Shown: positions 1 to 7,075 of the stretch, in pieces
Position numbering within the stretch: position 1 is the stretch's first letter
Layout: every line of letters begins with the position of its first letter
NCBI GenBank assembly: GCA_046758745.1
Contig: JBHIAV010000069.1
Span: forward strand, 1 to 11,430
Source of the DNA: Gemmatimonadota bacterium
Lineage (GTDB): Bacteria > Gemmatimonadota > Gemmatimonadetes > Palauibacterales > Palauibacteraceae
DNA: 11,430 nt
Direction of reading: 5' to 3'
Position numbers and translations under genes: made by a program
The notes under the pieces: model-generated
Database searches by the model: none
What the model saw: the letters and a program-made list of their open reading frames with translations, nothing else
Told to the model about the DNA's origin: nothing

Positions 1-56
1 GCGGTGAACCATCGTGAAGAAGCGCTCGAATCCGTATTCGTCAACAGCCTGTTAAG

Positions 57-587
57 CAACGAGAGTACGGGGAAGCGCGACTGCTCTATGAGCGCGCCGT
101 GGCGATCCGGGAAAAGGCCCTTGGAGGCGAAAACCCACTGGTCGCGTCCACCCTTTACAGGCTTGCAAACGTGCTGCAGAAAACAGGCGACCTCAACGAG
201 GCTCGAGCCTACTATGAGCGTGCCCTAGCGATCCGGGAAAAGGCGTTTGGTTCCGAGCATAAGAGCCTTCGGTCCACATTGTGGAGACTCGGCGTGATTT
301 CGCTAGCGCTGGGTGATCGGGTAGGTGCCGAGCCTCTTTTTCAGCGAGCTCTGAGCATCAAAAAGAAAAACGCTGGGAGCGATGCGCCTGGGTTCGTATA
401 TGACCAAGCGTGCTATAGCGCGTTGACCGGTGACAGGGAGGGTGCCATTCATCTCCTGAGAAGAGCCGTGGATCTAGGATACCAAAGCGAGTGGATCGCC
501 CGAGACCCGGACCTGGACTCCCTTCATGGGGATCCCGCATTCGAGGCCATCGTTGCGGAAGTCAAAAGGCGAGTCGCGAGCAAGTGA
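57..587 (+). pseudogene. C-terminal part of a TPR-repeat protein (42-aa kinesin-light-chain-type repeats plus a terminal 'YNxAC...DPDLDSL' module typical of Ser/Thr kinase-TPR proteins); reading frame broken near the window start
   Basis: Repeats EARLLYERAVAIREKALG / EARAYYERALAIREKAFG / AEPLFQRALSIKKK and terminal YDQACYSALTGDREGAIHLLRRAVDLGY...DPDLDSLHGDPAF. TPR-like sequence extends upstream of the GTG at 99 to about 57, but this frame has TGA at 15-17, while frame 1 reads AVNHREEALES (TPR-like), suggesting a frameshift. Could instead be a short intact gene at 99-587. Confidence 0.7.
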
Positions 588-693
588 TTTCCCCGCAATG
601 CCCGTTGCGTAATTGTGTGCCCCATCCCGAAAAGAACTACTTCCTGACCCAATAAACCGGTAGAGGACGTCTCTCCTCCAGGAACGGCGGCGC

Positions 694-1488
694 ATGCGGC
701 GCCCGGAGGACGTCATGGAGTCCTTGTGCGGCACCCGGGGGAGCCCGAGCACGGTGAGGGAGCTGAACAAGAAGCTGTACGGCCGGATCGAGGCGTGGCG
801 GGCGCGGCGCCCGGAGGGCCATCGCCCCTACGTGTATCTGGATGGGATCCTGCTGAAGCGGAGCTGGGGTGGCGAGGTCCGGAACGCCACGGCTCCGGTG
901 GCCATCGGCGTGAGCGAGGACGGGTTCCGGCGGATCCTGGGAGTCGCCGAAGGCGCCAAGGAGGACAAGGCCAGCTGGAACACATTATTGCGACACTTGA
1001 AGGAGCGGAGTCTGGCGGGCGTCAAGCTGTTCATCTCGGACACGTGCTTGGGTCTTGTCGAGGCGCTGGGCGAGATGTACCCGGACGCGTCCTGGCAGCG
1101 CTGCATGGTGCACTTCTACCGGAACGTGTTCACGGTGGCTCCGAAGGGCAAGGTCCGGGAAGTGGTGGCGATGCTGAAGGCGATCCATGCCCAGGAGCAC
1201 CGCCGGGAGGCGTTGGGGAAGTCGCAGAGTGTGGCGAAGAAGCTCGAGGGGATGAAGCTGCGGAAGGCGCCGGATGGGAACCCGGCGCTGATGCTCGTGG
1301 CGGCAAGGCTGCGGCACATCGCCAGGAGCAAATGTGGCTCGCGGCAGTATCTCGACGTGAGCCTGTTGAAGCGGGATCGGATCGAGGAGCAGCAGTCAGC
1401 CTGACATCGGAGCCGACCCGCGGACCTTGAGATGAAGACCGGATTGAGGATCCACCCGATCGAAAGTGGAAGACGATCCTGACACTAC
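694..1488 (+). mobile_element. IS256-family element remnant: transposase ORF 694-1404 lacking the N-terminus and with an internal deletion; probable right end near 1463-1488
   Basis: IS256 motifs PYVYLDG, VAIGV..DG.R.ILG, LKER.L.GV.LFISD..LGL, WQRCMVHFYRN, MLKAIHAQE. KLRKA joins directly to PDG at 1269/1270, so the segment carrying the TNNxxER catalytic Glu is absent. AAAGTGGAAGACGATCCTGACACTAC (1463-1488) resembles recalled IS256 terminal repeats (lower confidence). Confidence 0.9.
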
Positions 1489-1635
1489 TGACGCATCGAG
1501 TGAGATGGGCTTTGTTGCAGAAAAGAGCGCGGCCAACGGCCCAGAAAACCCGGAGGAGGAGCGTCGGCGCCTCCTGTCCTCGGGAGTCGGGCTCGGTGCC
1601 GGAGGATACTCGGATTCGTCTAGGTTGAACTGAGT

Positions 1636-1915
1636 CGTAATAGTGCTGACAGGGTCTCCATCCATGGGAGAGGGCCATCTGCCCTATTCTTCCCAGAGTG
1701 ATTCGCGACGAAACGAAGGCACCTTGGGAGAGAGGACCGATGACCCTCGAGGACGGCATACGCATCTCGCGGCTGCGTGTCATCCGCCGTGCCCAGGATC
1801 TTGGGAGTATCAGCGCCGCCTGTCGCCCAGCACGGTGCAGCGCATGGTGCGCAGAACCGGGGTGCCGACGCGTCGCCAGCGGCTGCTGGTGCTCGAACAC
1901 CACAGTGCGCGGACG
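1636..1915 (+). mobile_element. IS481-like transposase 5' remnant (HTH fragments only), frameshifted and deleted
   Basis: RBS-like GGAGAGAGG before ATG 1740; MTLEDGIRISRLRVIRRAQDLGSISAACR resembles the IS481 N-terminal HTH. It continues in another frame from about 1820 as LSPSTVQRMVRRTGVPTRRQRLLVLEHHSART (second HTH-like segment). No DDE core follows. The left end at about 1636 is a guess. Confidence 0.6.
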
Positions 1916-2019
1916 GTGTTTCGAGTTCGGCGGGCGGCGGCCGCGAGTGCTCCGGGAGGCCCGGCCGGAGTCGGTGTCCCGGGTGCGCTATGGATGACAC
2001 TCCAGCCGTCGGCGGAGCG

Positions 2020-2748
2020 TCATGCCGACTGCTGGGGCCGGCAGACGCGGCAGGGGCGGTATCCGACCGAGCGGGCGTCGTCGACCGAGGCGAAGACGAC
2101 CCGGCGATCGGCGCGGGTGCGCTGCGAAGCAGGGCAGCCGACGCGACAGATGACGCGCGTGGCGCTGTTCCCCTGAAAGAGCGGCGTGGATCGCTCCAGA
2201 TCGAGCAGCAGCGGCTTCAGATCGATCCCCAGCCCGTACCCTCCCGGAACGCCGTCGCTCCGGAGAACGCGGTGGCACGGAACGATGAGCGGGACTGGGT
2301 TGCGTCCTAGTGCGGTCCCGACGGCGCGCACGGCGCGCGGGCTCCCGACCCGCCGCGCGATCCAGGCGTAGGCCCGCGTCTCGCCGAACGGGATCCGGAG
2401 GGCCGCCATGAGGACGCTCTTCTGGAAGGCGCCGAGAGCCGACAGATCGGCCGGGACGGAGAAGTAGGCGCGCCGGCCGCGGAAGTACTCCCGCAGCTCG
2501 GCGTGGGCGCGATCGACGAGACGTCTTGCCGCCGCGCCGGCCGACGGCGGGAGCCGCCCGAGATGGAGCCGGGTGATCCCGTGTGCGCTCGCCTGGATCG
2601 AGAGCCGATCGAGGAGGCGGCGCGACAGCCGCCCCGCGCGGGCGGCCCGGGCGGGGGCCGAGCGGGCGACTCGTGCGGCGAGCCCGGGGGGCGGATCCTC
2701 GGGACGAAAGAGAAGGTTCAGCCGGGCGTCGATCGGATCGTGCGTCAT
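2020..2748 (-). CDS. ogt: Methylated-DNA--protein-cysteine methyltransferase (MGMT/Ogt) with a C-terminal Ada-type Cys4 metal-binding domain and an N-terminal extension (242 aa)
   Basis: IPFGETRAY..IARRVGSPRAVRAVGTALGRNPVPLIVPCHRV (active-site PCHR at 2280-2269); C-terminal ICRVGC (Cys-to-Cys 2148-2134) ... GYRPCRVCRP (2052-2041) matches Ada FCRPSC...GFRPCKRC. ATG at 2748 has GGAGG at 2759-2755 and overlaps the sigma stop codon. Confidence 0.92.
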   Translation of the reverse strand: MTHDPIDARLNLLFRPEDPPPGLAARVARSAPARAARAGRLSRRLLDRLSIQASAHGITRLHLGRLPPSAGAAARRLVDRAHAELREYFRGRRAYFSVPADLSALGAFQKSVLMAALRIPFGETRAYAWIARRVGSPRAVRAVGTALGRNPVPLIVPCHRVLRSDGVPGGYGLGIDLKPLLLDLERSTPLFQGNSATRVICRVGCPASQRTRADRRVVFASVDDARSVGYRPCRVCRPQQSA

Positions 2749-3275
2749 CGTCGTCCTCCGCGGGCCAGCCCGGATCTCAGGACCCCCTTCGCCCGGCGCA
2801 GCTGGCTCTTCACCGTGTTGACGGAGATCCCGCGCACGCGGGCGAGCTCCCGGTACGAGAGCCCGTCGACGTAACGGAGCACCACCAGCACGCGCGCCTC
2901 GCGCGGCAGCTTCGCCAGGACGCGGTCGAGATCGGGCGCCGCTGTCGGGCCTCGGTTGGGGGAGGGCGCCCCCGCGGCGCGCAGCGTCGCCGGCAGCTTG
3001 CGGGCGCGGGCCCTGCGCCTGCGCAGCTCGTCGATGCAGATGTTGGTCAGGATCCGGTAGAGCCAGGTCGACACGGCCCACTCCGGCCGGTACGCCGCCC
3101 CCGCCGTGTAAACCTGAACGAAGGTCCTCTGCACCGCGTCTTCCGCATCCTCGGGTGAGCGCAGCAGACGGCGCGCCACGGAGAGCAGCCGTCCCCCGAA
3201 GCGCTCCACCAGCAGGGTGAAAGCCGCCTCATCGCGGCGGGCCACCCTCGTCATCAGCGCGCGGTCGCTCTCCAT
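2745..3275 (-). CDS. ECF (sigma-70 group 4) RNA polymerase sigma factor (176 aa)
   Basis: Region 2: DEAAFTLLVERF...DAEDAVQRTF...STWLYRILTNICIDELRRR; region 4: LAKLPREARVLVVLRYVDGLSYRELARVRGISVNTVKSQLRRAK. ATG 3275 is preceded by CAGGAG. Confidence 0.95.
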   Translation of the reverse strand: MESDRALMTRVARRDEAAFTLLVERFGGRLLSVARRLLRSPEDAEDAVQRTFVQVYTAGAAYRPEWAVSTWLYRILTNICIDELRRRRARARKLPATLRAAGAPSPNRGPTAAPDLDRVLAKLPREARVLVVLRYVDGLSYRELARVRGISVNTVKSQLRRAKGVLRSGLARGGRR

Positions 3276-3291
3276 CGCTCCTGTCACTGTG

Positions 3292-3330
3292 TACGCCGTC
3301 GCCAGCGGAATGGGTGGAAGCAGGATTATA
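3292..3330 (-). promoter_or_regulatory. Putative ECF-type promoter (CACCC-N16-CGTA) plus an upstream TATAAT hexamer for the sigma-ogt operon
   Basis: Minus strand reads TATAATcctgcttcCACCCattccgctggcgacggCGTAcacagtgaCAGGAGcgATG; CACCC 3316-3312, CGTA 3295-3292, TATAAT 3330-3325. Confidence 0.45.
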
Positions 3331-3344
3331 GACACGATGGAAAG

Positions 3345-3656
3345 ATGACGCGCGACGTGGCCTCCGTCGATCTCAGCCTCGCGGTGACGGTGGCCGGGTT
3401 CGAGCGCTTGTCGGAGCCGCAGTGCTTGGCGGTGGCGGCGGACGTCGACGTGCCTCCCCGGGGGATGCCGGCGCGGATGGCTCTCCTTGAAGAAGGTGAG
3501 CTGGTCAGGTCGCGTGACCTGGTGCGGATCGTGCTAACATATCTGTGCACTGGGCCGGCTTTCTCGCGGTTGATGGCGCGAAGGACGGCTGCAAGGCGGC
3601 TGGATGGTTGCCGAAGAGCCCGCCAGATCGAGGGTCCGGCCCCTCACGGCGATTGA
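3345..3656 (+). CDS. Possible hypothetical protein or gene fragment divergent from the sigma gene
   Basis: About the first 60 codons show strong G/C third-position bias, which then weakens; no recognisable motif or clear RBS. Confidence 0.3.
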   Translation: MTRDVASVDLSLAVTVAGFERLSEPQCLAVAADVDVPPRGMPARMALLEEGELVRSRDLVRIVLTYLCTGPAFSRLMARRTAARRLDGCRRARQIEGPAPHGD

Positions 3657-3833
3657 TTCATTCTCGGCGGGACCGACCTCGTTTCGTCCGCCGATGGCCG
3701 TTGCGCTGATCGGCCCTGCGGTGTCCGCCGAGGAGGGACGGAGCCCGTCGGCGCTCCGGGTATCGGGACAGCCCGCCGCACGCCGACGGTGCGTGATGTC
3801 GAGTGCTGAGACGGACGATTGGGAGAGGCGACC

Positions 3834-4124
3834 ATGGCCAAGGTGCATCTGAAACGAAAGGTCCGGCTGGATCGGTTCCTTCAGGAGCTGGTCGACACCG
3901 CGATCGCCAACTACGACGAGTTTTGTGGAGCGCGTTGCAGCCCCGAGGACCGGGAGCAGATGAATCGAGACCTCCAGCGTCGCTTTCGCGAGGTCCTTCG
4001 CATGGATCTGGAGGTGGCCGAGGAGTGCGGCCTGAGCATCTTCTGCCAGGAGGCGTCGCTGCTGGAGCCCTGGTCCGAAGAAGCCGAGCGAGCGCTGGAG
4101 GCGGACGAAAAGCCGCAGACATGA
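3834..4124 (+). CDS. Small hypothetical protein (96 aa) with four Cys and an acidic C-terminus
   Basis: GGGAGAGG RBS before ATG 3834; coding-like codon usage; MAKVHLKRKVRLDRFLQELVDTAIANYDEFCGARC...EECGLSIFCQE. Confidence 0.75.
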   Translation: MAKVHLKRKVRLDRFLQELVDTAIANYDEFCGARCSPEDREQMNRDLQRRFREVLRMDLEVAEECGLSIFCQEASLLEPWSEEAERALEADEKPQT

Positions 4125-4546
4125 GCCACCCCGGCGCCACCGCGCGGCCGGCGTCGCTGCGATGGAGCGCCCCTACCTCAGGGGACTCCACGAGGTGCGC
4201 CGTCTCCGGGGCTCGACGGGCCGCGAGCGGAGCGGGTAGCGGATTTGGCGATCCGCGACCGGCCGGCAGCCGCGCACCGCACAGCGGCACAATCCTCACC
4301 GAAACAGACCGGCGCTCCTCCGTGCTGCCGCCGGGCCGATCTCCCCGGTCGTGCATGACGGCGGGAAGGCGAGCTTCCACGCCCGCGCCTCCCGAGGGAT
4401 CGGTCCGGCCCGGAGGGGCATCCGGCCGAGGCGTCTCCCGATCGCGCGAGGGGCCTGGCATCGGGGGCCCGCCGCCCGCCTCCATCTCTCAGCGACCCGC
4501 CGGCAGCGCTCGGCCGCGTGATGAAGCGCAGCGTGATGCGGGAGTT

Positions 4547-5236
4547 CTACCCGCGCTTCTTGAGCGCCACCCCGATACCCGCGGCGTGCATGTTCAAAAA
4601 GAGTGTTTCCAGGTCCGGGTTGGTCGTGTAGGCCCTGATGAACTCCGGGTAGGGCGCGGGGCGGTGCATGTTGTGCGCGATCACCAGACCGCCGGGACGG
4701 ACGAGAGGCAGCAGCTTCTCCAGATAGTCGAGATACCCCTGCTTGTCGGCGTCCAGGAAGAGAATGTCGATGCGCTCCTTGAGCTTGGTGATCTCCTCGT
4801 GGGCATCTCCGAGGACGAGCGTGACCAGATCGCTCACGCCGGCACGCTCGAGGTTCCTCCTGGCGAGCTCGGCTCGCTCCTCGTTGATCTCGAAGGTCGT
4901 GAGCCTGCCTCCGGTCGTGCGCAAGGCCAGGCAGATCCAGATGGCGCTGTAGCCGTTGGACGTGCCGATCTCCACCACGTGGCGTGCGTTGATCGATTCG
5001 GTGAGCAGGCGGAGCAGGCGGCCATCCTCCTTCGGCACATTCATCATGCCCCGCCGCTGGTTCTTGTCCATGTCATCCAGTACGTCCAGGATCTTCTGTT
5101 CCTCCGGCGTCTTCGCAAGCGGCACGCTCTCGACCGGTCCGCCCTCCCGATCCTGTGCCCAGGACGGCCGCGAGTTCCCGAGTAGCGCAAGGATCGTGAC
5201 TGTGGCCAGAAGCACGATGTATTGAGCTGCCTTCAT
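4547..5236 (-). CDS. SAM-dependent O-methyltransferase (Methyltransf_3 / caffeoyl-CoA OMT-like) with predicted signal peptide (229 aa)
   Basis: VVEIGTSNGYSAIW (motif I), LTTFEI, GDA, DILFLDADKQGYLDYL, LVRPGGLVIAHN; N-terminus MKAAQYIVLLATVTILALLGNSRPSWA|QD; AGGGAG upstream of ATG 5236. Confidence 0.92.
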   Translation of the reverse strand: MKAAQYIVLLATVTILALLGNSRPSWAQDREGGPVESVPLAKTPEEQKILDVLDDMDKNQRRGMMNVPKEDGRLLRLLTESINARHVVEIGTSNGYSAIWICLALRTTGGRLTTFEINEERAELARRNLERAGVSDLVTLVLGDAHEEITKLKERIDILFLDADKQGYLDYLEKLLPLVRPGGLVIAHNMHRPAPYPEFIRAYTTNPDLETLFLNMHAAGIGVALKKRG

Positions 5237-5587
5237 GGTTTTCTCCCTTGTTTTCCAGTTGCGCCCATGCCGGCCTCGACGATCTTCTCGAACAGCAGGC
5301 AATGGGAGAGAATCCCGCCGGGGCTCAGGAGCGTCGTGCGCTTCGTCGCTGGTTCCGCTCTTGGCGGACCGGCACTGAATGAGCCCGGGCCGTCCGAATC
5401 CTCGGTGCGGCCTCATGATAGCGCGGCATCTGGGTATTCGGGATCATCGCGATCCCGCGTGGGCTCCGCGGCGGGACTCGGGCGGCCCGGAACATCCTGA
5501 CGGTGAGCGGGAAGGATGAGGTCCGGAGGAGCCGTCCGGGCCCTCCAGGGCAGGCTCCTGAAGTAGACTGATGGCCGGGGACCAGCC

Positions 5588-6625
5588 GTGAGCTTCCGCT
5601 TCTGGAGACGGATCAGGATCGCCCCGGGGGTGACCCTGAACCTGAGCAGGTCGGCCGGGTCGCTGTCGTTCGGGCCGCGGGGGGCGAAGCTCACCGTCGG
5701 CACGCGGGGCAGGCGGGCGACGGTCGGCATCCCGGGCACGGGCCTCTTCTACACGGCGACGCCTTCAGGCGGTCGGGCCCGGCGGCGGCCGGCCCCTTCC
5801 CCGATCCCGGGGGCTCCCCCTCGACCGCCTCGGGAGCCCCTGACGCTCGGCTTCTTCAAGCGGCTCGTCACGCCGGATGACGAGGAGGCGTTCGTGGACG
5901 GCTGCCGGGAGCTGGCCCTCGGCCATGAAGACAGGGCGCTCGAGCATCTTCAGAAGGCGGTCCACCTGGCGGACGGGGCCTACCTGGCGGGCTTCCTGTC
6001 CCTGAAGAGGAAGCGGCTTCCGCAGGCGCGCGGGTGCCTGATGGAGGCCGAGCGGAAGCGGGACAGGCTCGGACATTACTTCTCCAGGTACGGCATCACG
6101 GCCACCATGAGTCTTCGCATCACCGATGAGGTGTCGGCCCGCGTCGGGCCGGACCTGCGGGGCGTGCTGCTCGGCCTGGTCGAGGTCCACCAGCTCGAGA
6201 AGCGCCCGCAGGACGCGATCGAGTGCCTTCAGAGACTGCGGCGGCTGGAGCCCGACGATGTCGTCGTGAAGCTGTCGCTCGCCGAGCTGCTCCTCGAAGC
6301 CCGGCGGGAGGACAGGGAAGCCTGCCGGAAAGTGATCCGCCTCGCCGAAGCGATCGAGAACGAGACGCCGATCCACACCGCCCTGCTGCTGTACAAGGCG
6401 AGGGCCCTGCGCGCTCTCGGGCTCATGGAGGCGGCGCGGGAGTGCCTGACCGTGACCCTGCGCGGCAAGAGTGGGCGCCCGGAGGATCTCCTGCGGGCCC
6501 TGCGCTACGAGCGGGCCCTGGTCTACCAGGGCCTCGGCCAGCGCCGCCGGGCCCGCAGGGCGCTCGAGAAGCTCTACGCCGAAGATCCGGACTACGAGGA
6601 CGTCGCGTCGCGACTGGGCCTGTGA
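5588..6625 (+). CDS. DUF4236-domain protein with C-terminal TPR repeats (345 aa)
   Basis: N-terminal FRFWRRIRIAPGVTLNLSRS..SLSFGPRGAKLTVG.RG.RATVGIPGTGLFY is the DUF4236 signature; Pro-rich linker; TPR-like helices ending LRYERALVYQGLGQRRRARRALEKLYAEDPDYEDV. Confidence 0.88.
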   Translation: MSFRFWRRIRIAPGVTLNLSRSAGSLSFGPRGAKLTVGTRGRRATVGIPGTGLFYTATPSGGRARRRPAPSPIPGAPPRPPREPLTLGFFKRLVTPDDEEAFVDGCRELALGHEDRALEHLQKAVHLADGAYLAGFLSLKRKRLPQARGCLMEAERKRDRLGHYFSRYGITATMSLRITDEVSARVGPDLRGVLLGLVEVHQLEKRPQDAIECLQRLRRLEPDDVVVKLSLAELLLEARREDREACRKVIRLAEAIENETPIHTALLLYKARALRALGLMEAARECLTVTLRGKSGRPEDLLRALRYERALVYQGLGQRRRARRALEKLYAEDPDYEDVASRLGL

Positions 6626-6701
6626 GCGGAGGGGCGTCCCGATCGTGCACGGGACGCGGTTCCCGTTCCTCGGGGCGGGACGCGCCGAGGGGGATCTTGC
6701 A

Positions 6702-7060
6702 GTGACCGCGAGAAAGGTGAGGCCGGCTCGGCCCGCCGATCCCGCCATCGACCGGGTCCTCGACGAGTTTCCGGCCGGGCAGCGGGAGCGGCCGAGACCG
6801 AGGGCGCTGTCGAGGTAATGAGGAGGTGCTCGATGCCGGCAAGGACTATCTGGAGTTCGGCCACTTCACCATCAGGCGGGGTCGAGCCCGGAAAGCTCCG
6901 GTTGGAGCACTTCGGGGGCGGGAAGGGACGTCCGTACGGCCCCCTGCCGGTCCCGAGCGCCTCGACCGAGCTGCTCCGGGAAGGCTGGGACATCAGCTGC
7001 GCCCTCGGCCGGGTCCCCGGCAGGCGGCGGATCCTCGAGGTGGCGGACGTCCAGCCGTGA
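6702..7060 (+). pseudogene. Frameshifted, probably internally deleted hypothetical gene
   Basis: GAGGGGG RBS then GTG 6702. Removing one A at about 6817 and one G from the G4 run at 6878-6881 gives a continuous protein-like reading ...IDRVLDEFPAGQRERPRPRALSRYEEVLDAGKDYLEFGHFTIRRVEPGKLRLEH...GWDISCALGRVPGRRRILEVADVQP-stop (7058-7060). Confidence 0.6.
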
Positions 7061-7075
7061 CGGGATTGGTGGACT

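Noticed and set aside
2749-3081. N-terminal extension of the 353-aa ORF 2020..3081
   Set aside because: It lies out of frame inside the sigma gene; ATG 2748 has its own GGAGG RBS and an ATGA overlap.
4125-4546. Long GC-rich spacer with short hairpins, including GCGGATTTGGCGATCCGC, as a possible tRNA or ncRNA
   Set aside because: No T-loop (GTTCRA), acceptor stem or recognisable riboswitch motif; short stems are expected at this GC content. An Rfam scan would settle it.
3803-5185. 460-aa + strand ORF (and 3658..4485 on the - strand)
   Set aside because: Low-complexity Arg/Pro/Gly/Ser translation overlapping the 96-aa gene and antisense to the O-methyltransferase; typical high-GC shadow ORFs.
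5237-5416. Upstream 60-codon extension of the O-methyltransferase ORF
   Set aside because: Non-protein-like composition; the RBS and signal peptide point to ATG 5236.
5765-6748. 327-aa minus-strand ORF
   Set aside because: Antisense shadow of the DUF4236-TPR gene.
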